Positions 7,156 through 15,395 of a stretch of 15,395 nt of DNA are shown here, in pieces (the stretch's first letter is position 1; every line of letters starts with the position of its first letter). Location of the stretch: contig JALGVJ010000060.1 of the NCBI GenBank assembly GCA_029838195.1, forward strand, positions 1 to 15,395. The letters are read 5' to 3'. A program made the translations under genes and the position numbers. This stretch comes from Promethearchaeota archaeon (GTDB lineage Archaea; Asgardarchaeota; Lokiarchaeia; Sigyniarchaeales; SOKP01). A model generated the notes under the pieces. That model saw only the letters and a program-made list of their open reading frames with translations, did no database searches and was not told the origin of the DNA.

Positions 7156-8298
7156 ATGAGTAAAGTAGGAATCGCTACGCTTCCTTTACACCATTCTAAA
7201 GCGCCTTATTGGCTTTTAAAAAGAATGGTAATGCTTGGAAAACCGATTTTAAAAATCATTCTTGAAATGGAAGGTCCCGGGGGGATTATCCATAGATTGT
7301 CGGATACCTTTTGGTTTCAAGGATTTGCTTGTCTTTTGGGCTTTGATTGGCACTCTAGTGGCTGTACCACTGTATTAGGGGGAGTATTGAAACAAATAAT
7401 TACCCCAGAAGAATTTGGACTAATCGTAGCTGGGGGAAAGGGTAAAAATTCTAAAAAAGTGGAAGAACACCTAATAAACAATGCTAAAGTTCTTGATTTT
7501 TCAGAGGACGATGTAAAGAACCTCGTAGATATAAGTAGGCTGGTAGCTAAAATTGATAATGCTGCCGTTCAAGATGGGTTTAAATTATATCATCACATGA
7601 TGATTATTTCTGAGTCGCAATGGGGAATCGTTCAGCAAGGATATGATTTAACCGTGAGAAAGGCAAGGCGATATCATTGGTATTCTAAAGACTCGTGCGA
7701 TTTTTTGAATGATCCCCACGCAGATATCCATTCCGAAAAATTGAAAGATCACGTGTTAAACATGGTCAGTAAACATAGTGAAGAATGTCGAAAAGCTTCC
7801 ATGGACTTGATTTCTGAAGGGGCAAAAAGGATTAAACGGTATTTATTCCAATTGAAAAATAAAAATCAAACGACTCTTGATGACTTCATGAATCCTGGAT
7901 GTTCGATTAAAGTGAAACCGATTCCTCATTTAAACATGCCCATTCCCTTTAACTTAAAATGGGAATCACTTGATATGGCGAGGGAATTAGCGCTTTCTCA
8001 CTATACGGAATTATTAAAAATACAAGGTGTTGGACCAGGTATGATTCGAGCATTAGCGTTAATATCTGAATTTATCTGGGGTGCGCCTCCAAGTTGGAAG
8101 GATCCAGCGAAATATAGTTTCGCTCATGGGGGAAAAGATGGAATACCCTATCCTGTCCAACTTCATCGCATGGAAAAAAATGCTTCAATTTTAGAAGATG
8201 CATTGGAACAAGCAAAATTGGGAAAAAGGGAGAAATTACAAGCGTTAAAGCGCTTACATGAATTTAAAAATAATAATTATCCCATTGCTCTATTTTAA
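7156..8298 (+). CDS. DUF763 domain-containing protein
   Basis: Family motifs LPLH...P.WL..RM, RLSD.FWFQ...LGFDWHSSG.TT, AKIDNAAVQDG..LYHH, HhH-like LLKIQGVGP, DPAKYSFAHGGKDG.PYPV. Confidence 0.92.
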   Translation: MSKVGIATLPLHHSKAPYWLLKRMVMLGKPILKIILEMEGPGGIIHRLSDTFWFQGFACLLGFDWHSSGCTTVLGGVLKQIITPEEFGLIVAGGKGKNSKKVEEHLINNAKVLDFSEDDVKNLVDISRLVAKIDNAAVQDGFKLYHHMMIISESQWGIVQQGYDLTVRKARRYHWYSKDSCDFLNDPHADIHSEKLKDHVLNMVSKHSEECRKASMDLISEGAKRIKRYLFQLKNKNQTTLDDFMNPGCSIKVKPIPHLNMPIPFNLKWESLDMARELALSHYTELLKIQGVGPGMIRALALISEFIWGAPPSWKDPAKYSFAHGGKDGIPYPVQLHRMEKNASILEDALEQAKLGKREKLQALKRLHEFKNNNYPIALF

Positions 8299-8459
8299 AA
8301 AAAAATCAAGTCTTTTAATTCGAAAAATCAAGTTCCATTTTATTAAAAACATGAAAAATTCCATCCTAAAATATTAACTCCATCCTTAATTTTTCTACCA
8401 CATGAAATTTTCCCCTAATCATTATTAAATTAAAAAATAAATTTGATTTATTTTTTTGG

Positions 8460-10136
8460 ATGACTCGCGTGAAAAAAATTTTTAACGTCATGGCTATTTT
8501 TGGAATAATTCTAATAATTTTTCCCATCTGCTTGCTATACCATGAAGATTCCATTCTAAACAATAACAAGGAGGTAATTTTTTACGACTCTTCTGGCGTA
8601 AAGTTAATTGGCACTTATTACAAAGGTACTCGAGAGCTTGGAATACTTTTTTCTCATGGATATGCTGGCGATCAATCAACCTGGAAAAGCATGGCAATAG
8701 AATACTTAAAACTTGGATTTCATGTTTTTACTTTTGATTTTGAGGGGCATGGTAGATCTTCAGAAGCCATGGAATTATATTATACTCATTCCGATCACTT
8801 AGCAAAACAAGTTATTGCGGGCAAAGAAATGTTTAAAAAACTCTCGGGTTTGGAGGATTCTGATATCATTCTATTTGGATATAGCATGGGCGGACGCGCC
8901 ATCTTACAATCCACGCAGATTGATGAGAGCGTCGTAAAAATGATAATCTTATTAGGTTGTTACGTGAACCTCGAGTCAAATGCTCGTTCTACGAGGTATA
9001 GATTATCTAATGACCAAGAATTGAATTGGGTACGAGCCTTATCGGAGGATAATCCTCCAACGGATATTTTATTAATTACGGGAGAATTGGATGATGTTTC
9101 AACTCCTTATAGAAATCAATTATTATTACAAAAACTCGGAGGAAACATATCTTTTCCCCATAAAAGAAAGCTAATCATCGTAGAAGGCCTCATTCACTCG
9201 CATGAAATATATTCAGAAAAAGTCATGACGTATTCTTTGGATTGGATCTTGGAAAATTTAAATTTGGAAAGCAACACCCTTTCCCCTGGAATTAACTCGA
9301 TGGTTCTGAGAAAAATTTTATGGTGCTTGAGTATTTTTGGATTTTTCTGTTTAATTTTTGGTGGCTTATTTTCTTGTAAATATAATCAAACGAAAACGAA
9401 ATTTTTTGAAGCAAAATTGTATTTTAATCAAGAGTTTAATGGAGAAATACGCATCGTGAGCATGAAAAAATTCATTACTTGGAAAATATTATTTTGGTTA
9501 ATCTCCATCCCCTTCATTTTTTGCGTGCAGCTCCTTCTCTTATTATTACCTTTAAGCATCCATTATTTTCCCTTATGGGGCACGAGCGCACTGGGAACTA
9601 ATGCGATTTTGATGTTCTTCATTTATTTAAAGGAAAAAATGCCTGGAACAAGGGGAAAATTCAAATTAAATTTAAAAATAAAAAATCATCGTGATGCTAT
9701 GTGGGATATCTTGAAAGCGTTTTCCTTGATTTTTTTCTTATCCTCTACCCTCACTTTGATAGCAAATACAGGAATATTTTACATTTTTCCATGTAATGAT
9801 AGACTCATCTGGTTAATTATTTTTACCCTTTTATTGATACCCAGTTTTTTGCTCCTCCATCTTGAATTTAATTGTCTACAGCATCTTCACATTAAAACCC
9901 TAAAAAATAAAAAAACATTCAAATTGATGGTAATTCTCCTTGATTTAGTACCCTTCCTTTTATATATTAGTTGGATGTCCTCTTTATACGGCTTGTTGAT
10001 TTTCAGCTTGGTTTTCTTCGCGGCCTTTTTAATCCATGGAATTGGGAAAAATCCGATTTTAACAATTATTTTCCAAGCATTTCTTCTAAATTATCTTTTA
10101 TTACCTCAAGGAGTTCTCTATCCCAGTATATTTTAA
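8460..10136 (+). CDS. Membrane-bound alpha/beta-fold hydrolase with C-terminal multi-TM domain
   Basis: N-terminal signal-anchor, HG oxyanion motif, FDFEGHGRS, nucleophile elbow GYSMGG, acid GELDD, His in GLIHSHE, followed by several TM helices. Confidence 0.88.
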   Translation: MTRVKKIFNVMAIFGIILIIFPICLLYHEDSILNNNKEVIFYDSSGVKLIGTYYKGTRELGILFSHGYAGDQSTWKSMAIEYLKLGFHVFTFDFEGHGRSSEAMELYYTHSDHLAKQVIAGKEMFKKLSGLEDSDIILFGYSMGGRAILQSTQIDESVVKMIILLGCYVNLESNARSTRYRLSNDQELNWVRALSEDNPPTDILLITGELDDVSTPYRNQLLLQKLGGNISFPHKRKLIIVEGLIHSHEIYSEKVMTYSLDWILENLNLESNTLSPGINSMVLRKILWCLSIFGFFCLIFGGLFSCKYNQTKTKFFEAKLYFNQEFNGEIRIVSMKKFITWKILFWLISIPFIFCVQLLLLLLPLSIHYFPLWGTSALGTNAILMFFIYLKEKMPGTRGKFKLNLKIKNHRDAMWDILKAFSLIFFLSSTLTLIANTGIFYIFPCNDRLIWLIIFTLLLIPSFLLLHLEFNCLQHLHIKTLKNKKTFKLMVILLDLVPFLLYISWMSSLYGLLIFSLVFFAAFLIHGIGKNPILTIIFQAFLLNYLLLPQGVLYPSIF

Positions 10137-10266
10137 TTAACTTTAAAAAATAAATATCAACGAGTAAAAAAAAAAGAGAATTCATTTATTACATAAAAAA
10201 AAATTTGTTCTAAAAAGGAAAAATTTATTAAATGAATGGTAAGGGTTGCGTGTCTCTTTTGCTCGA

Positions 10267-11601
10267 TTAAATTTTCTTTCGCTCATCTTTTTTTATCAAT
10301 TTATCGAGTGAGTTTTTCCACTTATCTCCAATTGTTTTAATGCCCGCATCAATTTTTTTGCCGAATTCAGTTAATGCAATCTCTGCCAGAGAGGGTTCTC
10401 CCTCTTCTTTTTTAAACAACGCTCCAATGTATTTGAAGGCTTGGCTAATTGTATATTTATCCACGAGTAAGTCTCTCGTGCGCTCAGAAGAAAGGTATGC
10501 AAGGATAAATAATAATACAACGCAAAAAGAGAAAAAAAGATATAATCGATGATAGATAGAACTAAATTCTAAATATGGTGGAAATAACCCCGCAAGGAAT
10601 GCTAAAGATTCTATAAAAAAAGAATCAAGAGTAACCACGTGATAACCTAAGGCAATGCCCATTACTACGAGCACGGTTCCCGGTTCTCCTAATATTCTTT
10701 TAACTCTATCCGTAAAATAGACTCTTGTCTGAAATGTAACGAGACGTTCTTGAGATTTCAGTCGGGCGGGACTCTCAGATATCCTTTTGGTCATGGACTG
10801 AACGAGGTACAAGATTGTAATGAATAAAATAATGATATCTATTAAAAATGAGGTGGTGGACGTGCTAAGAGTAGAAAAGCTCATGAGCAGGTGATAAAAA
10901 ATGGTTATATTGTAAAAACCAATCGCAGTTGCTAAATTAATGAGGCCAGCTCGTGATTCTATTTTTTTAGGGGCATGATATAGCAGATAAAGAGTGATCA
11001 AGGTGATTAGCATTCCCAAACCTCCCGTAATTAAGTTTCCAAGAGAGATTCGATAAATTAAGTATATATAAAACGGAAGGGAAAAGAAGGCAACTAATTT
11101 AAGAAGAAATCCAAAAAAAACATGATTTTTAGGCATCCCTAAAGTAATAATCTTTTTTGGAAAAGAAGTAAAAAAATAAATGGTTAAAAAAAACAAAGAA
11201 ATAGAGGTGAGAGCAACCCATATTAAAAAATAAATTAATTTAATGCTTTCATATATTAGAAATGAGGGTTGTTGGCTAAAAATGAGGAACATGATAATAT
11301 AAGCAAGAAAAATAAAAATGGCAAGAGTGTAATAAAGTAAAGGATTTTTTATACGACCAATAACTAATCCGGAGGTGATGATCGCAAAAGATAAAAAAAG
11401 CTCAAATCGCAAGCTGAACCGTAGAAATTCAAGGCCAAAAAGTATATTAAAATTATAAAGGATTCCCACGACGGTATTTAAAAGCATGACGCTCGTAATC
11501 ATGAGGGTAAAAGGAAAATATTTTCTTTGCCTTAATTTAGCAAGGCCTCCGAACACGTAATTTTTAAGAAAATGGATTAAGACTCTTTCTATGTAGGACA
11601 T
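10267..11601 (-). CDS. Hypothetical polytopic membrane protein (~10 TM)
   Basis: 444 aa with repeated hydrophobic helices and a charged C-terminal tail. No family motif recognised. Confidence 0.8.
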   Translation of the reverse strand: MSYIERVLIHFLKNYVFGGLAKLRQRKYFPFTLMITSVMLLNTVVGILYNFNILFGLEFLRFSLRFELFLSFAIITSGLVIGRIKNPLLYYTLAIFIFLAYIIMFLIFSQQPSFLIYESIKLIYFLIWVALTSISLFFLTIYFFTSFPKKIITLGMPKNHVFFGFLLKLVAFFSLPFYIYLIYRISLGNLITGGLGMLITLITLYLLYHAPKKIESRAGLINLATAIGFYNITIFYHLLMSFSTLSTSTTSFLIDIIILFITILYLVQSMTKRISESPARLKSQERLVTFQTRVYFTDRVKRILGEPGTVLVVMGIALGYHVVTLDSFFIESLAFLAGLFPPYLEFSSIYHRLYLFFSFCVVLLFILAYLSSERTRDLLVDKYTISQAFKYIGALFKKEEGEPSLAEIALTEFGKKIDAGIKTIGDKWKNSLDKLIKKDERKKI

Positions 11602-11672
11602 GTATTATAAAAAGAAGATCAAGATTTAAAATTTAATCATGTTTTCCTTCCGATTGTCGCGCATTACCCTTA

Positions 11673-12752
11673 TCATAAATAATCTGCCCAAGCAATTTCA
11701 AATGCTTCTCTCATGGGTAAAAAACCAACCTCTGAAACCACGGAATCGTAAAAGACCGCTTTAGTGGTGTCAAATCCCGTAAATTGTACTGTTAACAGTG
11801 AGTTTCCATCATGATCTTTAAACTTTGCATCGGGGCCGTAATAAGGCGATAAATCGATTCCCAAGTGATTATCCATGATCCTTTTTTCTACCTTTCTATG
11901 TTCTAATTTTACTAATCCTCCCAACAGCGTCTCTCGAGCATATTTATACGTGGATCCGAGAAAATACACGGGAAGATCTTTAGTTTTTGCTAAGGTAGCA
12001 ATCATGCGAGTGCCTGTTTTATTTAACACGACACCATCAGCGGATACAGCATCAATTCCGAACATGAACAACCCTATTCTCCGAAATTCAAGACCATACT
12101 GGCATAAATTTATTAATTTAACGGGAATTCCCGCATTTAATAATTCGTAAGCAGTTAAAATACCTTGTTGTTCCGGTTCTGTTTTATCTACGACAACTTG
12201 TTGGATGTAATCCTTAGCTTCAATTATTGCCCGCACTACTACACTGGAATGGCAGTGTGTTCCAATAACTAATTTTTTGATTCCATAAGTTTCAATTCTA
12301 TCTATGATTCTCTTCTTAAAATGATTAGCAATTTTTGCTATGGTGTCCTTATAATTTTGCCGGTGAAATGCGATCTCTTTTTCTAATACGTTCTTGGCTT
12401 GTTCCACATTGGAACAATTTTCGATTTCTAATCGTTTCTTTATGAAATAAGCTGTATTTAGGGGGACTTGACTAGTTTGTCTCACTAAAAGTAAAAAATT
12501 TATGATGCATTTTATATTTTCCAAGAATTTATCAACTTTCTCCTCCGGCAGGTTGCAGTGTTCATTATACAACATTAGTGCATCTAACATCCCTATAGCA
12601 TTTCCAGTAGCTCCTTGATATTTTCGATTTTCCGGGAGCATGAAGTGCTTGATCTGGTCTCCAATTTTTGCCACATACTCTGGAAAGGGTTCTGAATAAT
12701 TATATTTTTTATTAATAACATCCCAATTTCTTTTAAATTCAGCAGATTTCAA
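11673..12752 (-). CDS. IF-2B family protein (ribose-1,5-bisphosphate isomerase / eIF2B-like), divergent
   Basis: GTHCHSSVV, TEPEQQG, GIPVKLI, FGIDAVSADG..LNKTGT, YKY, FDTT, VSEVG. TTG start preceded by a GGTGG SD-like sequence and AAAAGG-TATAAA. Confidence 0.85.
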   Translation of the reverse strand: MKSAEFKRNWDVINKKYNYSEPFPEYVAKIGDQIKHFMLPENRKYQGATGNAIGMLDALMLYNEHCNLPEEKVDKFLENIKCIINFLLLVRQTSQVPLNTAYFIKKRLEIENCSNVEQAKNVLEKEIAFHRQNYKDTIAKIANHFKKRIIDRIETYGIKKLVIGTHCHSSVVVRAIIEAKDYIQQVVVDKTEPEQQGILTAYELLNAGIPVKLINLCQYGLEFRRIGLFMFGIDAVSADGVVLNKTGTRMIATLAKTKDLPVYFLGSTYKYARETLLGGLVKLEHRKVEKRIMDNHLGIDLSPYYGPDAKFKDHDGNSLLTVQFTGFDTTKAVFYDSVVSEVGFLPMREAFEIAWADYL

Positions 12753-12980
12753 ATATCATCATCCACCTTTCTATTGAATTTATACCTTTTAATAATTAAT
12801 CCATTAAATCTTTTTTAGTTCATTTCTAATTTCATGGTTAGTTTAATTTTTGACTTTCTTTTCTCTCTTCAGACAAGAAAAAAGAAATTAAAAAAATAAA
12901 ATAAAAAGCCCTCAATCTTTCTCACTAAGAGAGTAAATAAAGATCATGTTATATCATGGTAGATAAGGTATAGTGAAAAT

Positions 12981-14357
12981 TTACTCTTTTTTATGAAGAT
13001 AAAATTCATGCATGAATCTAAATGCTTTAATGGCGTGATCAATTCGATTTAGGAGGGGAATGGAAAATTTGACTGCTTTTTCTAATAAATACTCAAAAAC
13101 CCAACGGGAACCAAACACGCAGATTATTATCGGTTTTTCCGTTTCCCGTGATAAGTGCTTCATTCGGCGCAAAAATGGAGTTACTGAGAGAGACCACTGC
13201 TTTAAGGGTAATTCCGGCACGGAAAAAATAAATAATACGCCGTCCACCTTTTTATCATGAAATAGGATATTTAATGCGGGATTTAAAGTACTAAATTGAG
13301 ATGGTCCTAAATCCACGGGATTTTTCACGGATACCCAGTTTGGTGAGATGGCTCTCAACTCCTCCATTGATTTTGATTCTAATTTGGCCAAACCTAACCC
13401 TTCTTTTTCAATTAAATCACACGCAAGAATTCCTAAACTCCCTGAGCCCGTAATTATCGCAATGTTTTTCCCTTTTGGTAAGGGTTGCGTGGCAAATACT
13501 TGAGCTATTTCAAACATTTCATAAAAATTATTCACCCGAAAAATCCCTTTAAATTGTCGGAAAAGAGCTTCAAAAATACGATCGTTTCCCGCCAGAGAAG
13601 CGGTATGGCTTTTAATTGCCTTAGCTCCAAGTTCACTACGCCCGTTTTTCAATATAATGAGCGGTTTTTTCATGTTTTTTAACACGAATTTAAATGTATT
13701 TCCCCTTTTTACCCCTTCCAAATAGATTGTAATTACGCTTGTATCCGGATCTTCTTCAAGATATTCAATCATATCAATCTCATCTACATCTATTTTATTT
13801 CCTAAGGTAATTGCTTTAGAGAATCCTATTTTTTGGCTGGTTGCCCAATCAATGAAAATGTTTCCTAATACTCCGGATTGCGCAATAATGGAAATATTCC
13901 CCTTAACTAACTTGTTTACATCTAATTCTGTTGTTGTAAATTTATTTTTGAAATTTGTAATACCCACGCAATTCGGTCCGATTATTCTTACGCCTGAAGA
14001 TTTCGCAAGAGAAGCAATTTGTTCTTGTAAAGACACGTATTTTGGAATACTCGTTTCAGCAAAACCGGCCGTTTCTATGATAATTCCTTTCACGCCTTTT
14101 TCCACGCACTCTTTTACCGCTTGAAGAACATTATCATTTTTCACCAAGATGATTGCTAATTCAATTTCTTCGGGGATTTCTTTAATGGATTTATATGCCT
14201 TGTGCCCCATGATCTGGTTTTTCGTTAAACTAACGGGATATGTTTTGAAAGGCGATTCCAACAAGTATTTTGTCGTCCCATATCCAAATTTTAATCGCTC
14301 TGAAGCTCCAATAATTGCTACGGTTTTTGGTTCGAAAAAAAACTTTAAATTTGACAA
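12981..14357 (-). CDS. acdA: ADP-forming acetyl/acyl-CoA synthetase alpha-subunit-like CoA-binding protein
   Basis: F.PK.VAIIGAS, AGFAE, RIIGPNCVG, AQSG, GNK.D, IYLEG, phospho-His motif SHTASLAG, NPVDLG. No ATP-grasp beta domain is fused. The symbol is a family-level call. Confidence 0.88.
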   Translation of the reverse strand: MSNLKFFFEPKTVAIIGASERLKFGYGTTKYLLESPFKTYPVSLTKNQIMGHKAYKSIKEIPEEIELAIILVKNDNVLQAVKECVEKGVKGIIIETAGFAETSIPKYVSLQEQIASLAKSSGVRIIGPNCVGITNFKNKFTTTELDVNKLVKGNISIIAQSGVLGNIFIDWATSQKIGFSKAITLGNKIDVDEIDMIEYLEEDPDTSVITIYLEGVKRGNTFKFVLKNMKKPLIILKNGRSELGAKAIKSHTASLAGNDRIFEALFRQFKGIFRVNNFYEMFEIAQVFATQPLPKGKNIAIITGSGSLGILACDLIEKEGLGLAKLESKSMEELRAISPNWVSVKNPVDLGPSQFSTLNPALNILFHDKKVDGVLFIFSVPELPLKQWSLSVTPFLRRMKHLSRETEKPIIICVFGSRWVFEYLLEKAVKFSIPLLNRIDHAIKAFRFMHEFYLHKKE

Positions 14358-14375
14358 TCCTAATAACCCTATCTT

Positions 14376-14443
14376 ATTTTAAACCATTATATAGAAGAAG
14401 CATGGAATAATTTTAAACCATTATATAGAAGAAGTATGGAATA
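14376..14443. repeat. 34-bp tandem duplication (ATTTTAAACCATTATATAGAAGAAG[C/T]ATGGAATA x2, one mismatch)
   Basis: Copies at 14376-14409 and 14410-14443 abut with no spacer, 18 bp upstream of the acdA-like start. Confidence 0.92.
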
Positions 14444-14578
14444 TAGCTAAATATTATGTTCTTCATTTTTTCTTAATTTCCATCCCGAAAAAAGAGCATT
14501 TTTTATTACTATTTTCGAATGCATATTAACATTTATTGAATAAACGTCGCATCGTTTAGTTATTGAGGAACATGAATT

Positions 14579-15169
14579 ATGATGGTTTCACAAAAAATTC
14601 GTGAAGTAAATATTATCTGTCCAATTTGTAGAGCTAATAAATCAATACCCGTCCCAATTTCGATCATTAACCAAGCTAAAGGCTTGGCAACCATCTCCAT
14701 TCCGAAAAATGCAATCTGTAAGCATCATTTTCAAGCATTTATAGATAAAAACTTTAGAGTAAGAGGATATCAAAAAGTTGATTATGAATTTTCCCATATT
14801 ACCAAGGAACGTGAAAAAAAACCTAGTATAACTCCTACCACCCAAACTCACGTCGCACCCATTTCTCCCAAGAAAAATGAAATCGATGAAACCAAAAATT
14901 TATTTAAGAAAGTAAAAATAAAAGAAAATTCCATCGAATATTACCCCAACGCTCCTACTAAATCGGCACCTTCAATAAGTCCTTCAAAAGAACCGTCAAA
15001 AACCCTCTCCAAGAAAATAACGAATCGAGGTGATAAAAAAGTTCAAGACCAAAGGAGTTTGAAAGAAATTTATGAAGATTTTTGGGATCTCATTGATGAA
15101 GATAACGAACTCTTCCAAGAATTCATAAAAAATGACAAGAGAAGGAAAAATTTAAATCGTTCTCTTTAA
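14579..15169 (+). CDS. Hypothetical protein with N-terminal Zn-ribbon-like domain (CPIC...CKH), low-complexity P/K/S linker and acidic/aromatic C-terminal helix
   Basis: ICPICRANKSI...LATISI....CKHHFQAFIDKNFRVRGYQKVD resembles a domain I recall as frequent in Lokiarchaeia. C-terminus is SLKEIYEDFWDLIDEDNELFQEFIKNDKRR. Confidence 0.8.
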   Translation: MMVSQKIREVNIICPICRANKSIPVPISIINQAKGLATISIPKNAICKHHFQAFIDKNFRVRGYQKVDYEFSHITKEREKKPSITPTTQTHVAPISPKKNEIDETKNLFKKVKIKENSIEYYPNAPTKSAPSISPSKEPSKTLSKKITNRGDKKVQDQRSLKEIYEDFWDLIDEDNELFQEFIKNDKRRKNLNRSL

Positions 15170-15395
15170 AATCCATTTCCTTGTAAGATATTATATCTTT
15201 CCGAACTTTTTCTCTTTAATTTAATCTCTTTTTTATTTCACCTTAATCTAAATTTGATTAAAAGAGAAGAAAATTAATTATTAAATTCTTGACTTTATAA
15301 GATATCTATCATTCAAATTTTTTTTCCTCTAAAACTAAAAAAAATGGCATGCTCTAAAGATCCTTAAAAAAAGTTAGGGAGCACGCTAAAAAAAA

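Noticed and set aside
14376-14443. Possible CRISPR mini-array (repeat of CRISPR-like length)
   Set aside because: The two copies abut with no spacer, and no cas genes are recognisable in the window.
5688-14851. Short ORFs 5688..5915, 6555..6794, 8366..8569, 8494..8697, 9971..10153, 10340..10552, 11875..12150, 13060..13260, 13485..13682, 13852..14124, 14149..14382, 14642..14851
   Set aside because: All overlap longer, better-supported CDSs in another frame or strand and show no protein-like motifs.
15170-15395. Possible ncRNA or gene in the terminal AT-rich stretch
   Set aside because: No stable structure, tRNA pattern or convincing ORF; probably intergenic, possibly with a gene start at the window edge.

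Overview
AT-rich archaeal-type window. The gene content (TM-anchored tandem wHTH regulator, CPxC/CxH 'FIDKNFxVRGYQ' Zn-ribbon protein, multi-TM alpha/beta hydrolase, poly-T terminators) suggests Asgard/Lokiarchaeia, which is an inference. Bases 1-~1300 are a GC-richer IS607-family-derived segment. It carries a minus-strand ORF missing from the supplied track (1208 to <1, at least 402 codons), in which only the first ~77 aa of a TnpA serine recombinase are fused in frame to an unrelated basic, helical protein that may be TnpB-like. Next come a small membrane protein, a deleted and frameshifted PL11 rhamnogalacturonan-lyase pseudogene and a GH4 glycosidase. These are followed by a minus-strand pair with apparently paralogous extracellular domains: one ends in a GAIN/GPS-like HFS autoproteolysis motif before a TM anchor, and the other is fused through a TM helix to a cytoplasmic tandem wHTH. 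The rest comprises DUF763, a membrane alpha/beta hydrolase, a polytopic membrane protein, a divergent IF-2B/R15P-isomerase-family protein, an ADP-forming acyl-CoA synthetase alpha-type subunit with a 34-bp tandem duplication in its upstream region, and a Zn-ribbon protein. No rRNA, tRNA or CRISPR array was seen.
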